Positions 47,589 to 56,636 of a DNA stretch of 64,000 nt are shown here, piece after piece. The notes beneath the pieces were generated by a model that saw only the letters and a program-made list of their open reading frames with translations, was not told the origin of the DNA and did no database searches. Positions within the stretch are counted from its first letter, which is position 1. Each line of letters begins with the position of its first letter. Source of the stretch: Candidatus Eiseniibacteriota bacterium (GTDB lineage: Bacteria; Eisenbacteria; RBG-16-71-46; CAIMUX01; JAHJDP01); assembly GCA_018831195.1 (NCBI GenBank), contig JAHJDP010000004.1, positions 53,776 to 117,775 on the forward strand, read 5' to 3'. The translations under genes were made by a program, and so were the position numbers.

Positions 47589-49409
47589 CTATTCCGATGT
47601 AGCGGGGGATCCCGTGCTGCTGCGACTCCATTTGCTCCGCCCTTCCCACTTTTTTCTGACCTGATGGCTACCCATCGGTCCTTTTAGGAGGAAATCACCC
47701 ATGGCGAGGTAGTCGAGCTTGCTGTCAAGAAAAGCAGAGATCGCATCATGAGGCGTTCGGACGATCGGTTCTTCGTGAACATTGAAAGATGTATTGATGA
47801 CAACAGGAACACCGGTTCGATTATAATACTCTTCAATGATTTTATAATAAGACGGATTGTCTTCGCGCCGGACGATTTGGGGGCGTGCCGTCCCATCGAT
47901 ATGAACAACCCCGCCGCACCGTTCCGCCATCCAGTCGGTGCAATGGAATGTAATTGTCATGAACCGCGCCGTGTCGTGGGCGCCTGTGGCGTTTTTGAAC
48001 AATTGATCGGTCGACTCTTCCAAAGTGGCCGGGGCGAAAGGCATGAATTCCGTCCGCCGAAGGAGCTCATTCAACCAGTCATTGACGGAGGGATCGTTCG
48101 GCTGATAAAGGATCGTCCGATTCCCCAGGGCTCTAGGGCCGTATTCCATTCGTCCCGCACAGCGCGCCACCACCATGCCTTGAACCAGCTTTTCCGCGAC
48201 TTCTTTCTCGATATGTCCCGGCAAGTATTCCGACTCAAGACCCGATTGCCGGACGGCATCCGCAACAACCATTTCGTTGTATTCATTGCCGAAATAAACG
48301 TCGTCCAGCCGGTGGGGTTTCCAGGGGATGCCTTTTTCCTGGATCATATCGAGGTGCATAGAAAAGGCGGCGCCGACAGCTAGACCCTCATCGGCCATCC
48401 CCGGATGCACAAAAACCTCATCAACCCCGTCAATCATGTGAACTTCTTCGTTGATCCGTACATTCGCGAAGAGACCGCCGGCAAGGGCTACACGCCGGTG
48501 CCCCGTACGATGCACCCAATACCGGACATAATCGCGGGTTGTATCTTCCGCGAGCCATTGAATAGAGCAGGCGAGATCCTCTTTCTTCCATCCCTCCGGG
48601 AGTTGCCGGCGGATGTGTTCCATCGCTTGATTGAACAAAACCCTCCCGCGATTCACAAGACGGCCGTCTTCGTACCCGATCATCGATTCAAGCATTTCGC
48701 GGTAGATGGGTTTTCCCCAGGCGGCCAACCCGGTTGTCTTCCCCTCATGCCGCTTTGCCTTATAGCCGAGAATCGCCGTTATATAGGCGTAATAATTGCC
48801 AAGGGAATCGTATGATTCCACATCGCAAACCCGTTTGAAATGTCCACCCCGAACACTATAGATATGTGAGCAATGGCCGTCCCCACCGCCGTCCATGGTG
48901 ACGACCAAGGCATCCTCGAAATTGCAGGTGCAATAGGCGGATGCAGCATGGGCTAAATGATGATTGATAAATCGGACCGGCGCGGTGATGCCGAACTCTT
49001 CCTGGAGGATTTGGGGAATCCTGCGGCGGCGGTGTTGAAAGGCTGGTGTCCGCAGGGAGCGGTAAGCCTTCTTGAGGCCGGGAACCTTGTCGGCCATTGA
49101 ACCGAAACGGGATGCCACCTGGAAGAAGGCGCTGTGAAGATCTCTGTCTTCGCTTCGAGCCTCGAACCACCCGGGCCACCCTGTGACTTCCTCCCGCAGT
49201 TCCATATTTTCCTGAGCCACAGCGACGCCATCAATTTCGCTCGGCTTCACACCGGAGAGCTCGAAGACTTCGGCAATGGATTTCCGCGGAAAGCCGCGTG
49301 CCATCTTCAGTCGAACGATCCGCTCTTCATTGATGGCGGCGATGATCCGGCCATCTTCGATAAGGGCTGCGCCGCTTGTCTGTCCGTCGGTTATTCCCAG
49401 TATTCGCAT
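47589..49409 (-). CDS. Carbamoyltransferase (NodU/CmcH/HypF-like O-carbamoyltransferase family)
   Basis: N-terminus MRILGITDGQTSGAALIEDGRIIAAINEERIVRLK is the ASKHA/Kae1-like fold start typical of NodU/CmcH. About 600 aa. C-terminal carbamoyltransferase domain. Confidence 0.7.
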   Translation of the reverse strand: MRILGITDGQTSGAALIEDGRIIAAINEERIVRLKMARGFPRKSIAEVFELSGVKPSEIDGVAVAQENMELREEVTGWPGWFEARSEDRDLHSAFFQVASRFGSMADKVPGLKKAYRSLRTPAFQHRRRRIPQILQEEFGITAPVRFINHHLAHAASAYCTCNFEDALVVTMDGGGDGHCSHIYSVRGGHFKRVCDVESYDSLGNYYAYITAILGYKAKRHEGKTTGLAAWGKPIYREMLESMIGYEDGRLVNRGRVLFNQAMEHIRRQLPEGWKKEDLACSIQWLAEDTTRDYVRYWVHRTGHRRVALAGGLFANVRINEEVHMIDGVDEVFVHPGMADEGLAVGAAFSMHLDMIQEKGIPWKPHRLDDVYFGNEYNEMVVADAVRQSGLESEYLPGHIEKEVAEKLVQGMVVARCAGRMEYGPRALGNRTILYQPNDPSVNDWLNELLRRTEFMPFAPATLEESTDQLFKNATGAHDTARFMTITFHCTDWMAERCGGVVHIDGTARPQIVRREDNPSYYKIIEEYYNRTGVPVVINTSFNVHEEPIVRTPHDAISAFLDSKLDYLAMGDFLLKGPMGSHQVRKKWEGRSKWSRSSTGSPATSE

Positions 49410-49799
49410 GGAAGACTTCTGAACCTCTGTGGGCCTGCTCTTCCCGGTCGGGGAGGAGTCTCTATCGCTGATCCATTGGTGACCGTTGCCACTCATTGGA
49501 GATTTTGTGCCAGGGAGTCGAACCACCTCCCAGCCTTCCGGTTAACGGCAAGAAACACAAGCATCTTGACGGCTGAGATGCCCTTGGTGATCCCGCTCCC
49601 ACACTTCACGGATTTTGGCGAAGAACAAGAATGATACTGCGTTAGTTGCCCTCTTCCCGCAAGTCCCCGCATTCGGACGCCTCCCCGGCTTGAATCGGGC
49701 CATGGCGAATGCCGTAACTCTTTGCCATATATGTGGATGATACGTGCTTTCCCCATTTCCTTGTTGACAGGTTGGACGGCGCGGTGTCTAGATTGCCAG

Positions 49800-50606
49800 A
49801 TGAATCTTTTCTGCGACGGGCATGTCCACATCCACCGGGAGTTTGATCTCCAGCGCCTCTTTGAGGGGGCCTTGGATCGGGCTGCCGAACTTGGCGGTCC
49901 CTTGATGCTTCTGCTCACCGAGACGTCCGGACGAAACGAGTTTGCCCGCCTCCGTTCAGCCGGCGGAATCGGCTCAACGCGTAAGTTGAGGTGCCGATCC
50001 CTGCTTGAATCTCTGTCGGTGCGGATCGAGAGGGATGGGGATGCGGGTCATCCGGAAATCTATCTGATGGCCGGACGGCAATTCCAATCGGCCGAAAAAC
50101 TCGAACTTCTCGCCCTCTGTTTGAATCCTGAACATTCATTGAACGAAGTGCCCGATCGTTCACTGCCCGCCGCGGCGATTGTACAGAGAACGCTGGAGGC
50201 AGGGGCGGTGTCGGTTCTGCCTTGGGGTGTCGGGAAGTGGATCGGGCGGCGGGGGCGGTTGGTTCAGCGACTCGCTCGAGATCCGGAATGGAAAGAAAAT
50301 CCACATTTCTTTCTTGGGGATATCGCGCATCGCTGTTCTCCGCTGCCTGAACCAAAAGTCTTCGGTGGGGATGTCCGCGTTCTATCGGGAACTGATCTTC
50401 TGCCCCTTCCCGGCAGTGAAGACCGGCTGGCCGGGTATGGCTTCACCCTTGAAGGGGAACTTGATCCGGAACATCCCGGCTCCGCGCTCCTTGAGCTTTT
50501 TAACCAAAGGGCGCCGATTCGCCGGTATGGGCGGCGTGAAACTTTCCTTTCCATGATTCGGGAGCAATTACAATATCGCCTGCACTGCGGGGGCCGGGTC
50601 TCATGA
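49800..50606 (+). CDS. Hypothetical protein (possible metal-dependent hydrolase; N-terminal CDGHVHIH)
   Basis: Only a weak HxH-type motif is recognisable. First gene of a plus-strand run. Stop overlaps the next start. Confidence 0.35.
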   Translation: MNLFCDGHVHIHREFDLQRLFEGALDRAAELGGPLMLLLTETSGRNEFARLRSAGGIGSTRKLRCRSLLESLSVRIERDGDAGHPEIYLMAGRQFQSAEKLELLALCLNPEHSLNEVPDRSLPAAAIVQRTLEAGAVSVLPWGVGKWIGRRGRLVQRLARDPEWKENPHFFLGDIAHRCSPLPEPKVFGGDVRVLSGTDLLPLPGSEDRLAGYGFTLEGELDPEHPGSALLELFNQRAPIRRYGRRETFLSMIREQLQYRLHCGGRVS

Positions 50607-52015
50607 AATCGAAATTTGATCTCCTCATCGTCGGAGGCGGCATTTTCGGGGCAACGGCTCTTTGGCATGCGGCGCGGCGGGGCATTTCAGCCTGCCTTAT
50701 CGATCGATCCGATTTCGGTTCGGGCGCTTCCTCCAGCAGCATGAAGATCCTGCATGGCGGGCTTCGCTACCTCCAATCGGCCGATTTCCGGAGAAGCCTG
50801 GAATCGATCCGGGAGCGCCGGCGGCTGTTAAGGCTGGCGCCCAGCCGGATTGAACGGCTGCCCTGCCGGCAGGATCCCAAGGGGTGCGGTCCTCTTTTCC
50901 CATGGCTGCTGCGAACCGGTCTCCTTCTAAACAATATCATTTCGATTCGGGGTAACGTGGGGGTTCAGAAGGATAAACAGATCCCTCCGGCGCGTTATCC
51001 TTTCTGGTACGACGGATTGATGACCGATACCGAACGTCTCCTCATCGATTTCATTCGTGCGGCGCATGAGATCGGCGGGTCATCGATTGCCGCAAGAAAT
51101 TATGCCGGCATCATCCGGACTCTTGAGAAGGACGGGCGGATCACAGGCATGGAAATCCGGGATCATGGAAAGATAGAGGCCGGTGCCATTCTTTATTGCA
51201 CCGGCCCGGCGGGAGGCGTGCGGCCCGCCGTCCTAGCGATCAATCTTTTGGTGGATCGCCTGCCGCTGAATCGTGATGGAACGGCGGTCGCCATGCGCCA
51301 CCCCGGCGATGGACGGAATGTTTTTTTCGTACCCTGGCGGGATCGTTCGATTATCGGAACGATCAACCGCTCTTATCCCTATGATCCGGCGGAGAAGTTC
51401 CGATTTGATAGTGCCTGGCTGAATGAAGCAATCGACTGGCTTCGCCCTGTTCATCCCGATCTTAGCCGGCTGAGTCCCTCCGATATCCGTTTTATCCATG
51501 CGGGCCTCCTGCCCGGCGATCTATCCGGCGGTATTGATCCTTCGCACAAGGATACATTGCGGCGAAGAGGCGGCGGCGGTTGGGAATTGCAGGGAGTGAA
51601 GTATACAACCGCTTGCGGAGTCTCCGAAAAAGCGGTTGAAAGAATCAGCAGGGAGATGGGGATTTCTATTCCGAAACGGCCGGCCGACGACCGGCCCATG
51701 CTGCCGGATATGGCGGCTGCACGGGAACGCTGGATAGCAGCCGATCCTTCAAGACAAGAACTTCTGGATTCGCCGGGACTCAGGATCCGCCGCGGCGATT
51801 TGCTCTTTGCGGTTGAAGAGGAATGGGCCCTGACGATCGGCGATATCTTGCTCCGCCGAACGGGTCTTGCCGCCGCCGGTCACCCTGGAAGGCGTCTGGT
51901 CGATCTGACCTCGCGGATTGTTCAGGATCATTTTGGCTTTGAGGAAGGGGAACGGATGCGCCAGGTGGATGACTTTAACGATGACTGGCGGTTTGCGGGG
52001 AATATTCCCGGCTAA
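50603..52015 (+). CDS. FAD-dependent oxidoreductase (GlpA/DAO, glycerol-3-phosphate dehydrogenase-like)
   Basis: N-terminal Rossmann DLLIVGGGIFGATALWHAARRG...DRSDFGSGASSSSMKILHGGLRY. Confidence 0.7.
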   Translation: MKSKFDLLIVGGGIFGATALWHAARRGISACLIDRSDFGSGASSSSMKILHGGLRYLQSADFRRSLESIRERRRLLRLAPSRIERLPCRQDPKGCGPLFPWLLRTGLLLNNIISIRGNVGVQKDKQIPPARYPFWYDGLMTDTERLLIDFIRAAHEIGGSSIAARNYAGIIRTLEKDGRITGMEIRDHGKIEAGAILYCTGPAGGVRPAVLAINLLVDRLPLNRDGTAVAMRHPGDGRNVFFVPWRDRSIIGTINRSYPYDPAEKFRFDSAWLNEAIDWLRPVHPDLSRLSPSDIRFIHAGLLPGDLSGGIDPSHKDTLRRRGGGGWELQGVKYTTACGVSEKAVERISREMGISIPKRPADDRPMLPDMAAARERWIAADPSRQELLDSPGLRIRRGDLLFAVEEEWALTIGDILLRRTGLAAAGHPGRRLVDLTSRIVQDHFGFEEGERMRQVDDFNDDWRFAGNIPG

Positions 52016-52105
52016 CCGCAAATTCTTCCGTCTGACCTCCCTTTTTTACGCTTCATACTTGAGAGGTGGTTCGGATCGGTCGAAGATTGATCACAGGGGT
52101 CGCTA

Positions 52106-53995
52106 ATGTGCGGAATCGCTGGATTCACAGCTGCTGACGAGAGATCTATCCGTGCGATGACGGATATCATCGCGCACCGGGGCCCGGATGATTCCGGGAT
52201 CCTTATCGAACCCGGTCTGTCGTTGGGTCACCGTCGTCTCAGCATTATCGATCTATCCGAGTGCGGGCATCAGCCGATGCTCAATGAGGATGGATCGATT
52301 GTGGTTGTCTACAATGGGGAAATTTATAATTCACCCGAGCTTCGGCATCGCCTGGAGGCGAAAGGCCACAGGTTCCGCGGGCACTGCGACACAGAAGTGA
52401 TTGCTCCAGCCTATCAGGAATACGGTCCAGCCTGCGTCACAGAGTTCCAGGGAATGTTTGCCTTCGCTCTTTGGGACCGGAACCGGCGGCGGCTTCTACT
52501 GGCCCGCGATCGTATCGGCATCAAGCCGCTCTACTATTACCATCATGGGTATCTCCTCATCTTTGCCTCCGAGGTCAAAGCGATCCTCGAACATCCCGAT
52601 GTGCCGCGCGAGGTGGATGAACAAGCTCTGTTCGAGTATTTGGGATATGAGTTCGTGCCCGCTCCCCGCACGCTCTTTCGCGGGATCCGGAAATTGCGGC
52701 AGGGCCATACTCTCATTTTTGAAAACGGCATGTGCAAAGAAGAGCCCTATTGGGATCTGCATTTCGAACATGGCTCCTTGTCACCGCGGGAGGAAGAGCG
52801 GCGTCTTGCGGAGATTCTTGAAACAGCGGTAAGAAGGCGGTTGCTGAGTGATGTGCCGGTCGGCGCCTTTCTATCCGGAGGCCTTGATTCAAGCGCCCTG
52901 GTTGGATTTATGAGCCGCCATATGAAAGAGACTCTCAGAACATACACAATTGGGTATGAAGATCCCACGTTTAGTGAATTGCCCTATGCCCGGATCGTCA
53001 GCCGTCATGTAGGAAGCGAACATCATGAGCTGATGATAGATCCCCTGACACCGGAGCGGATTCGCAAAGCCGTCTGGCACCTCGATGAACCGATGACTGA
53101 TCTCTCTTCTGTCCCGCTGATGCTCATTTCGGAACGAGCCCGGCGGGATGTCAAGGTCTGTCTAAGCGGAGAGGGGGGCGACGAACTGTTTATGGGGTAT
53201 GACCGTTTTCGCGCCAGCCGGTTGAATCATCGCCTTCGTCCCATTCCCGCTCCGCTTCGCCGTCTCGGATTCCAATGTGTCGCGGTGCTTCCGGATCAGC
53301 CCCAGAAGAAGGGAATGATCAATATGCTGAAGCGGTTCGCCGAGGGGGCTCTGCTTCCCGAGGATGGAGAGCATATGCGATGGCAGTACTTTCTGAATGC
53401 CGATATTATACAAAAACTCTTTCAATCGGATTATCTTCGATCGGTCGACGCCGAGATCTTTGCGCCTATCCGGCGTATCGCAGAAGGCTGTGCGGAAGCC
53501 TGCCGGGAAGATCGGGAAGTTTATATAGATATCCGGATGGCAATGGCGGATTCCGTTCTCATGAAGGTGGATAAGATGTCGATGGCCACGAGCCTTGAGG
53601 TCAGGGTTCCCTTCCTCGATCATGAATTTGTTGAATTCTCAGCGATGCTGCATCCCTCGCGAAAACTCCATGGGATGACAACAAAAGCCATCTTCAGGGA
53701 GGCGATGCGAGATCTGCTGCCTCCTGAAATCGTCGGAAGAGGCAAACAAGGTTACAGTATTCCTATAAAAAACTGGCTGCGCGAAGATTTGCGGGATTTC
53801 ATGGTTGCGACGATTACACAATGTCCCCTGGTTCACCGGACTCTCCGAGCGGATGCGGTGAACAGCCTCATCGATGAACATCTCTCCCGCCGGCACAACC
53901 ACAATCATATCCTCTGGGCCCTTATCAATCTTTCACTGTGGTATGAAACCTTCATCCATCGCTCGACGGCGGCAGCGGCCTCCCATGCCGGATGA
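52106..53995 (+). CDS. asnB: Asparagine synthase (glutamine-hydrolysing) family amidotransferase
   Basis: MCGIAGF Ntn nucleophile. PP-loop SGGLDSS. 629 aa. Confidence 0.85.
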   Translation: MCGIAGFTAADERSIRAMTDIIAHRGPDDSGILIEPGLSLGHRRLSIIDLSECGHQPMLNEDGSIVVVYNGEIYNSPELRHRLEAKGHRFRGHCDTEVIAPAYQEYGPACVTEFQGMFAFALWDRNRRRLLLARDRIGIKPLYYYHHGYLLIFASEVKAILEHPDVPREVDEQALFEYLGYEFVPAPRTLFRGIRKLRQGHTLIFENGMCKEEPYWDLHFEHGSLSPREEERRLAEILETAVRRRLLSDVPVGAFLSGGLDSSALVGFMSRHMKETLRTYTIGYEDPTFSELPYARIVSRHVGSEHHELMIDPLTPERIRKAVWHLDEPMTDLSSVPLMLISERARRDVKVCLSGEGGDELFMGYDRFRASRLNHRLRPIPAPLRRLGFQCVAVLPDQPQKKGMINMLKRFAEGALLPEDGEHMRWQYFLNADIIQKLFQSDYLRSVDAEIFAPIRRIAEGCAEACREDREVYIDIRMAMADSVLMKVDKMSMATSLEVRVPFLDHEFVEFSAMLHPSRKLHGMTTKAIFREAMRDLLPPEIVGRGKQGYSIPIKNWLREDLRDFMVATITQCPLVHRTLRADAVNSLIDEHLSRRHNHNHILWALINLSLWYETFIHRSTAAAASHAG

Positions 53996-54980
53996 AGAAA
54001 AAAGACCTTCCCGTCTGGGACGATTCTGGGGCGGCCCGGCCGGCCTTGTCCTCCGGCTGGCCATCGGATCCGTCATCTTTATCATTCTTGCCCGGCAATT
54101 CTGGTCGGAAGGTTTTATCGATCACTTCTCCCATCTGCAGACGCCGCGGGCGCTTCTTTACAGTAGTCTCTATCTACTGATCTTCATCCTGAACCGCGGG
54201 TTCATGGCGTATAAGTGGTCGATTCTGCTCCATCCGCTGAAGATCCGACTTCCGATCCGGCGCCTTATATCGGTTTATTACGCCAGCACTTTTGTCGGCG
54301 CCTTTTTACCGGCGACCGTTGGAGGCGATCTGGTCCGCTATTTCCTTCTGAATCTTCCCAAGGGCGATCGGCCGGCCCTGGCCGCGTCGATCCTCATGGA
54401 GAGGGTTGTCGGGCTCATGGCGCTCGTTACGGTGGGTTGGTTCGGCCTCATGGCAGCCTGGAGGCAGGATCTCCTGCCCGTCGCGCCGGCCCTGACGACT
54501 CTCGCCGGGGGCTTTATACTGGTCCTCTTCGCCTGGATCTCACTTGTGATGCCGCCCGACCTTCTGATCCGGCGCTTGGGACCCCTTGGGCGAAAGCTCT
54601 CCGGTTTTGCGTCTGAATATCAATCGTACCGGAATCATCCCCGCGCCCTTTGTCTCTTCTATATTTTTTCGATGATCGAATCATTGCACGGAGTGGTCGG
54701 GATTTGGATTGTTGCGCTGGCTCTTGATTTGAAGATCGGTTTTCTGCCCTGCTTGGTCGCCGTGCCGCCGATGGTCCTGCTGTCCCGCGTGCCGATTAGT
54801 GTGGACTCTCTGGGCGTCTTCCAGGGATTGGGTGTCCTCTTCTTCGGCATTTTGGGTGTTGCGGGGGGCGCCGCCTTCGCGCTGGGAGCGGTCCGCCAGC
54901 TTCTGGACTTCATCGGTCTGCTTCCCGGGGGTGTTTTGTGGCTCTTCCTCAGAACGTCAAAATCTTCCGACGGCCGCTGA
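53985..54980 (+). CDS. Lysylphosphatidylglycerol-synthase-TM-like (UPF0104, flippase-like) membrane protein
   Basis: Eight hydrophobic segments with the family-typical LISVYYASTFVGAFLPATVGGDLVRYFLL motif. Start overlaps the asnB stop. Confidence 0.65.
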   Translation: MPDEEKRPSRLGRFWGGPAGLVLRLAIGSVIFIILARQFWSEGFIDHFSHLQTPRALLYSSLYLLIFILNRGFMAYKWSILLHPLKIRLPIRRLISVYYASTFVGAFLPATVGGDLVRYFLLNLPKGDRPALAASILMERVVGLMALVTVGWFGLMAAWRQDLLPVAPALTTLAGGFILVLFAWISLVMPPDLLIRRLGPLGRKLSGFASEYQSYRNHPRALCLFYIFSMIESLHGVVGIWIVALALDLKIGFLPCLVAVPPMVLLSRVPISVDSLGVFQGLGVLFFGILGVAGGAAFALGAVRQLLDFIGLLPGGVLWLFLRTSKSSDGR

Positions 54981-56575
54981 GCCACAGGCCGGTCTCTGCC
55001 GGGATTGCGGTATGGCGGAAACTTTCTCTTCCGATCCTGTCTTGCCTTTTATCGGTTGGGGGATGTCTCAATGAATCGGGTGTCGATCCTTCTTCTTATC
55101 CCTATGCCGCCGATGGCAAGGTTTCCTTTTCGGAATCCGAAACCTTGATTGTTCCCCGCTATGGAACAGTCGATATCATTTTACATTCCGAGAAAGAATT
55201 CAAGGCGAAGGGGGATATCAGCCCCTTCACCGATATTAATGTACAGGCTGTCGTTTGGACGCCCGGGGGACGGCGTTTTCATGTGGATGGATTCTTCGAT
55301 GGTGATGGCGCAGGCGGCTCAAACGGTCACGTTTTCAAAATCCGTCTCTGTCCCGATACAGAGGGGTGGTGGTCATGGGAGATTCTCTCCGGTTTGAGCG
55401 AGCTGCATGGGAAAGGGGGCCGCATCCTTTGCCGAGGCAGCCTGCCGGGTCTATTCGCCCGCGGTCCGATCATTGTTCATCCCAAGCATTCCCGTTTCTT
55501 CTCCACTGCGGATGGGACACCTCTCTATCTCATGGCCAAATTCCTCGATGAGGCAGCGCCGGAACCGATCCAGTTCAGCCACACCTTCTTTTCTGAGCAG
55601 GTGATCGATGCTGATCGCGAAGAGATGCTGGCCCGCCACCGGCGGATGAAATGCAACCGCCTGGATATCTATCTCGCCAACCGCGGGGATTACGGCGGGA
55701 TTCAGACGACGCCATGGTCGGAGAAAAAGTTAAAAGAGGGGCAGGTTGTCTTTAATCTCTCCTATTGGCGGATGTATGAACACTGGCTGCGGCGTTTGCG
55801 GGATGCAGATATGGCGGCTCATATCTGGTTCTTTGCCGATGATTCGGATTTTGGGAAGCTGCCGCTGGAGCAACGCCTTGAACTCATCCGCTACGGCATG
55901 GCGAGATTGTCGGGTTTCGTCAATACGATCTTTGTTGTTTGTCTCGAGTGGGAAGAAGGGTGGTCCCGGAAAGAGGTCGAGGTCGCGGGAAGGGTGACTC
56001 AGGAAGCAAATCCCTGGAGCCGGCTTGTCAGCGTTCATGGAACGCCGGGCGACTTTGATTATCCAGAATCGGATTGGGCCGATTACCTTATCATACAGCC
56101 CGGAAACAAAGCTGACTACGATTCTGTTTATACATTAGGATTAACAAACCGTGGGGCGGCCGCAAAACCCCTGCTCAATGAGGAATTTTCTCTGGGCGGA
56201 GAGGATGACGCGGGGAGAATCAAAGCCTGGTGCGCTCTCTTCGCCGGTGGCGCCGGCAGCGGGACCGGAGCCTTTCTCCCGCCCTTGTCCGATTTTATTT
56301 CGGCGGTTCCCTACACCGCGCTTGAACCTCTGGCCGGGATGGTCGTTCGCGGTAAAGCTTATCTTCTGGGGGAGAGAGGACGGGAACTTCTGGCCTATCT
56401 TCCAGAAGGCGATGAGGTGGAGATCAATTTGCATGATTTCCCCGGTATCTGGAGGGTGACCTGGTTTGATCCTCGGAAAGGTGACTGGACTGCTCTTGAC
56501 CCGGTTCCGGGGGGCGCGACGCAGCTCTTTCGCCCGCTGGGAGAAGGGGATTGGGCGCTCAGACTGGTCCCATAA
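54938..56575 (+). CDS. Lipoprotein with DUF5060-like Ig domain and DUF4038/GH140-like TIM-barrel (putative glycoside hydrolase)
   Basis: Lipoprotein-like signal ending LSVGGC. N-domain VDGFFDGDGAGGSNGHVFKIRLCPDTEGWWSW resembles DUF5060. Domain assignment is from memory, not a search. Confidence 0.4.
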   Translation: MALPQNVKIFRRPLSHRPVSAGIAVWRKLSLPILSCLLSVGGCLNESGVDPSSYPYAADGKVSFSESETLIVPRYGTVDIILHSEKEFKAKGDISPFTDINVQAVVWTPGGRRFHVDGFFDGDGAGGSNGHVFKIRLCPDTEGWWSWEILSGLSELHGKGGRILCRGSLPGLFARGPIIVHPKHSRFFSTADGTPLYLMAKFLDEAAPEPIQFSHTFFSEQVIDADREEMLARHRRMKCNRLDIYLANRGDYGGIQTTPWSEKKLKEGQVVFNLSYWRMYEHWLRRLRDADMAAHIWFFADDSDFGKLPLEQRLELIRYGMARLSGFVNTIFVVCLEWEEGWSRKEVEVAGRVTQEANPWSRLVSVHGTPGDFDYPESDWADYLIIQPGNKADYDSVYTLGLTNRGAAAKPLLNEEFSLGGEDDAGRIKAWCALFAGGAGSGTGAFLPPLSDFISAVPYTALEPLAGMVVRGKAYLLGERGRELLAYLPEGDEVEINLHDFPGIWRVTWFDPRKGDWTALDPVPGGATQLFRPLGEGDWALRLVP

Positions 56576-56636
56576 ACGATGCCGGAGCCTTATTGGTCCT
56601 TGAATGAGAAGAAGGCTGCAAGAAAGAAGAGATCCA

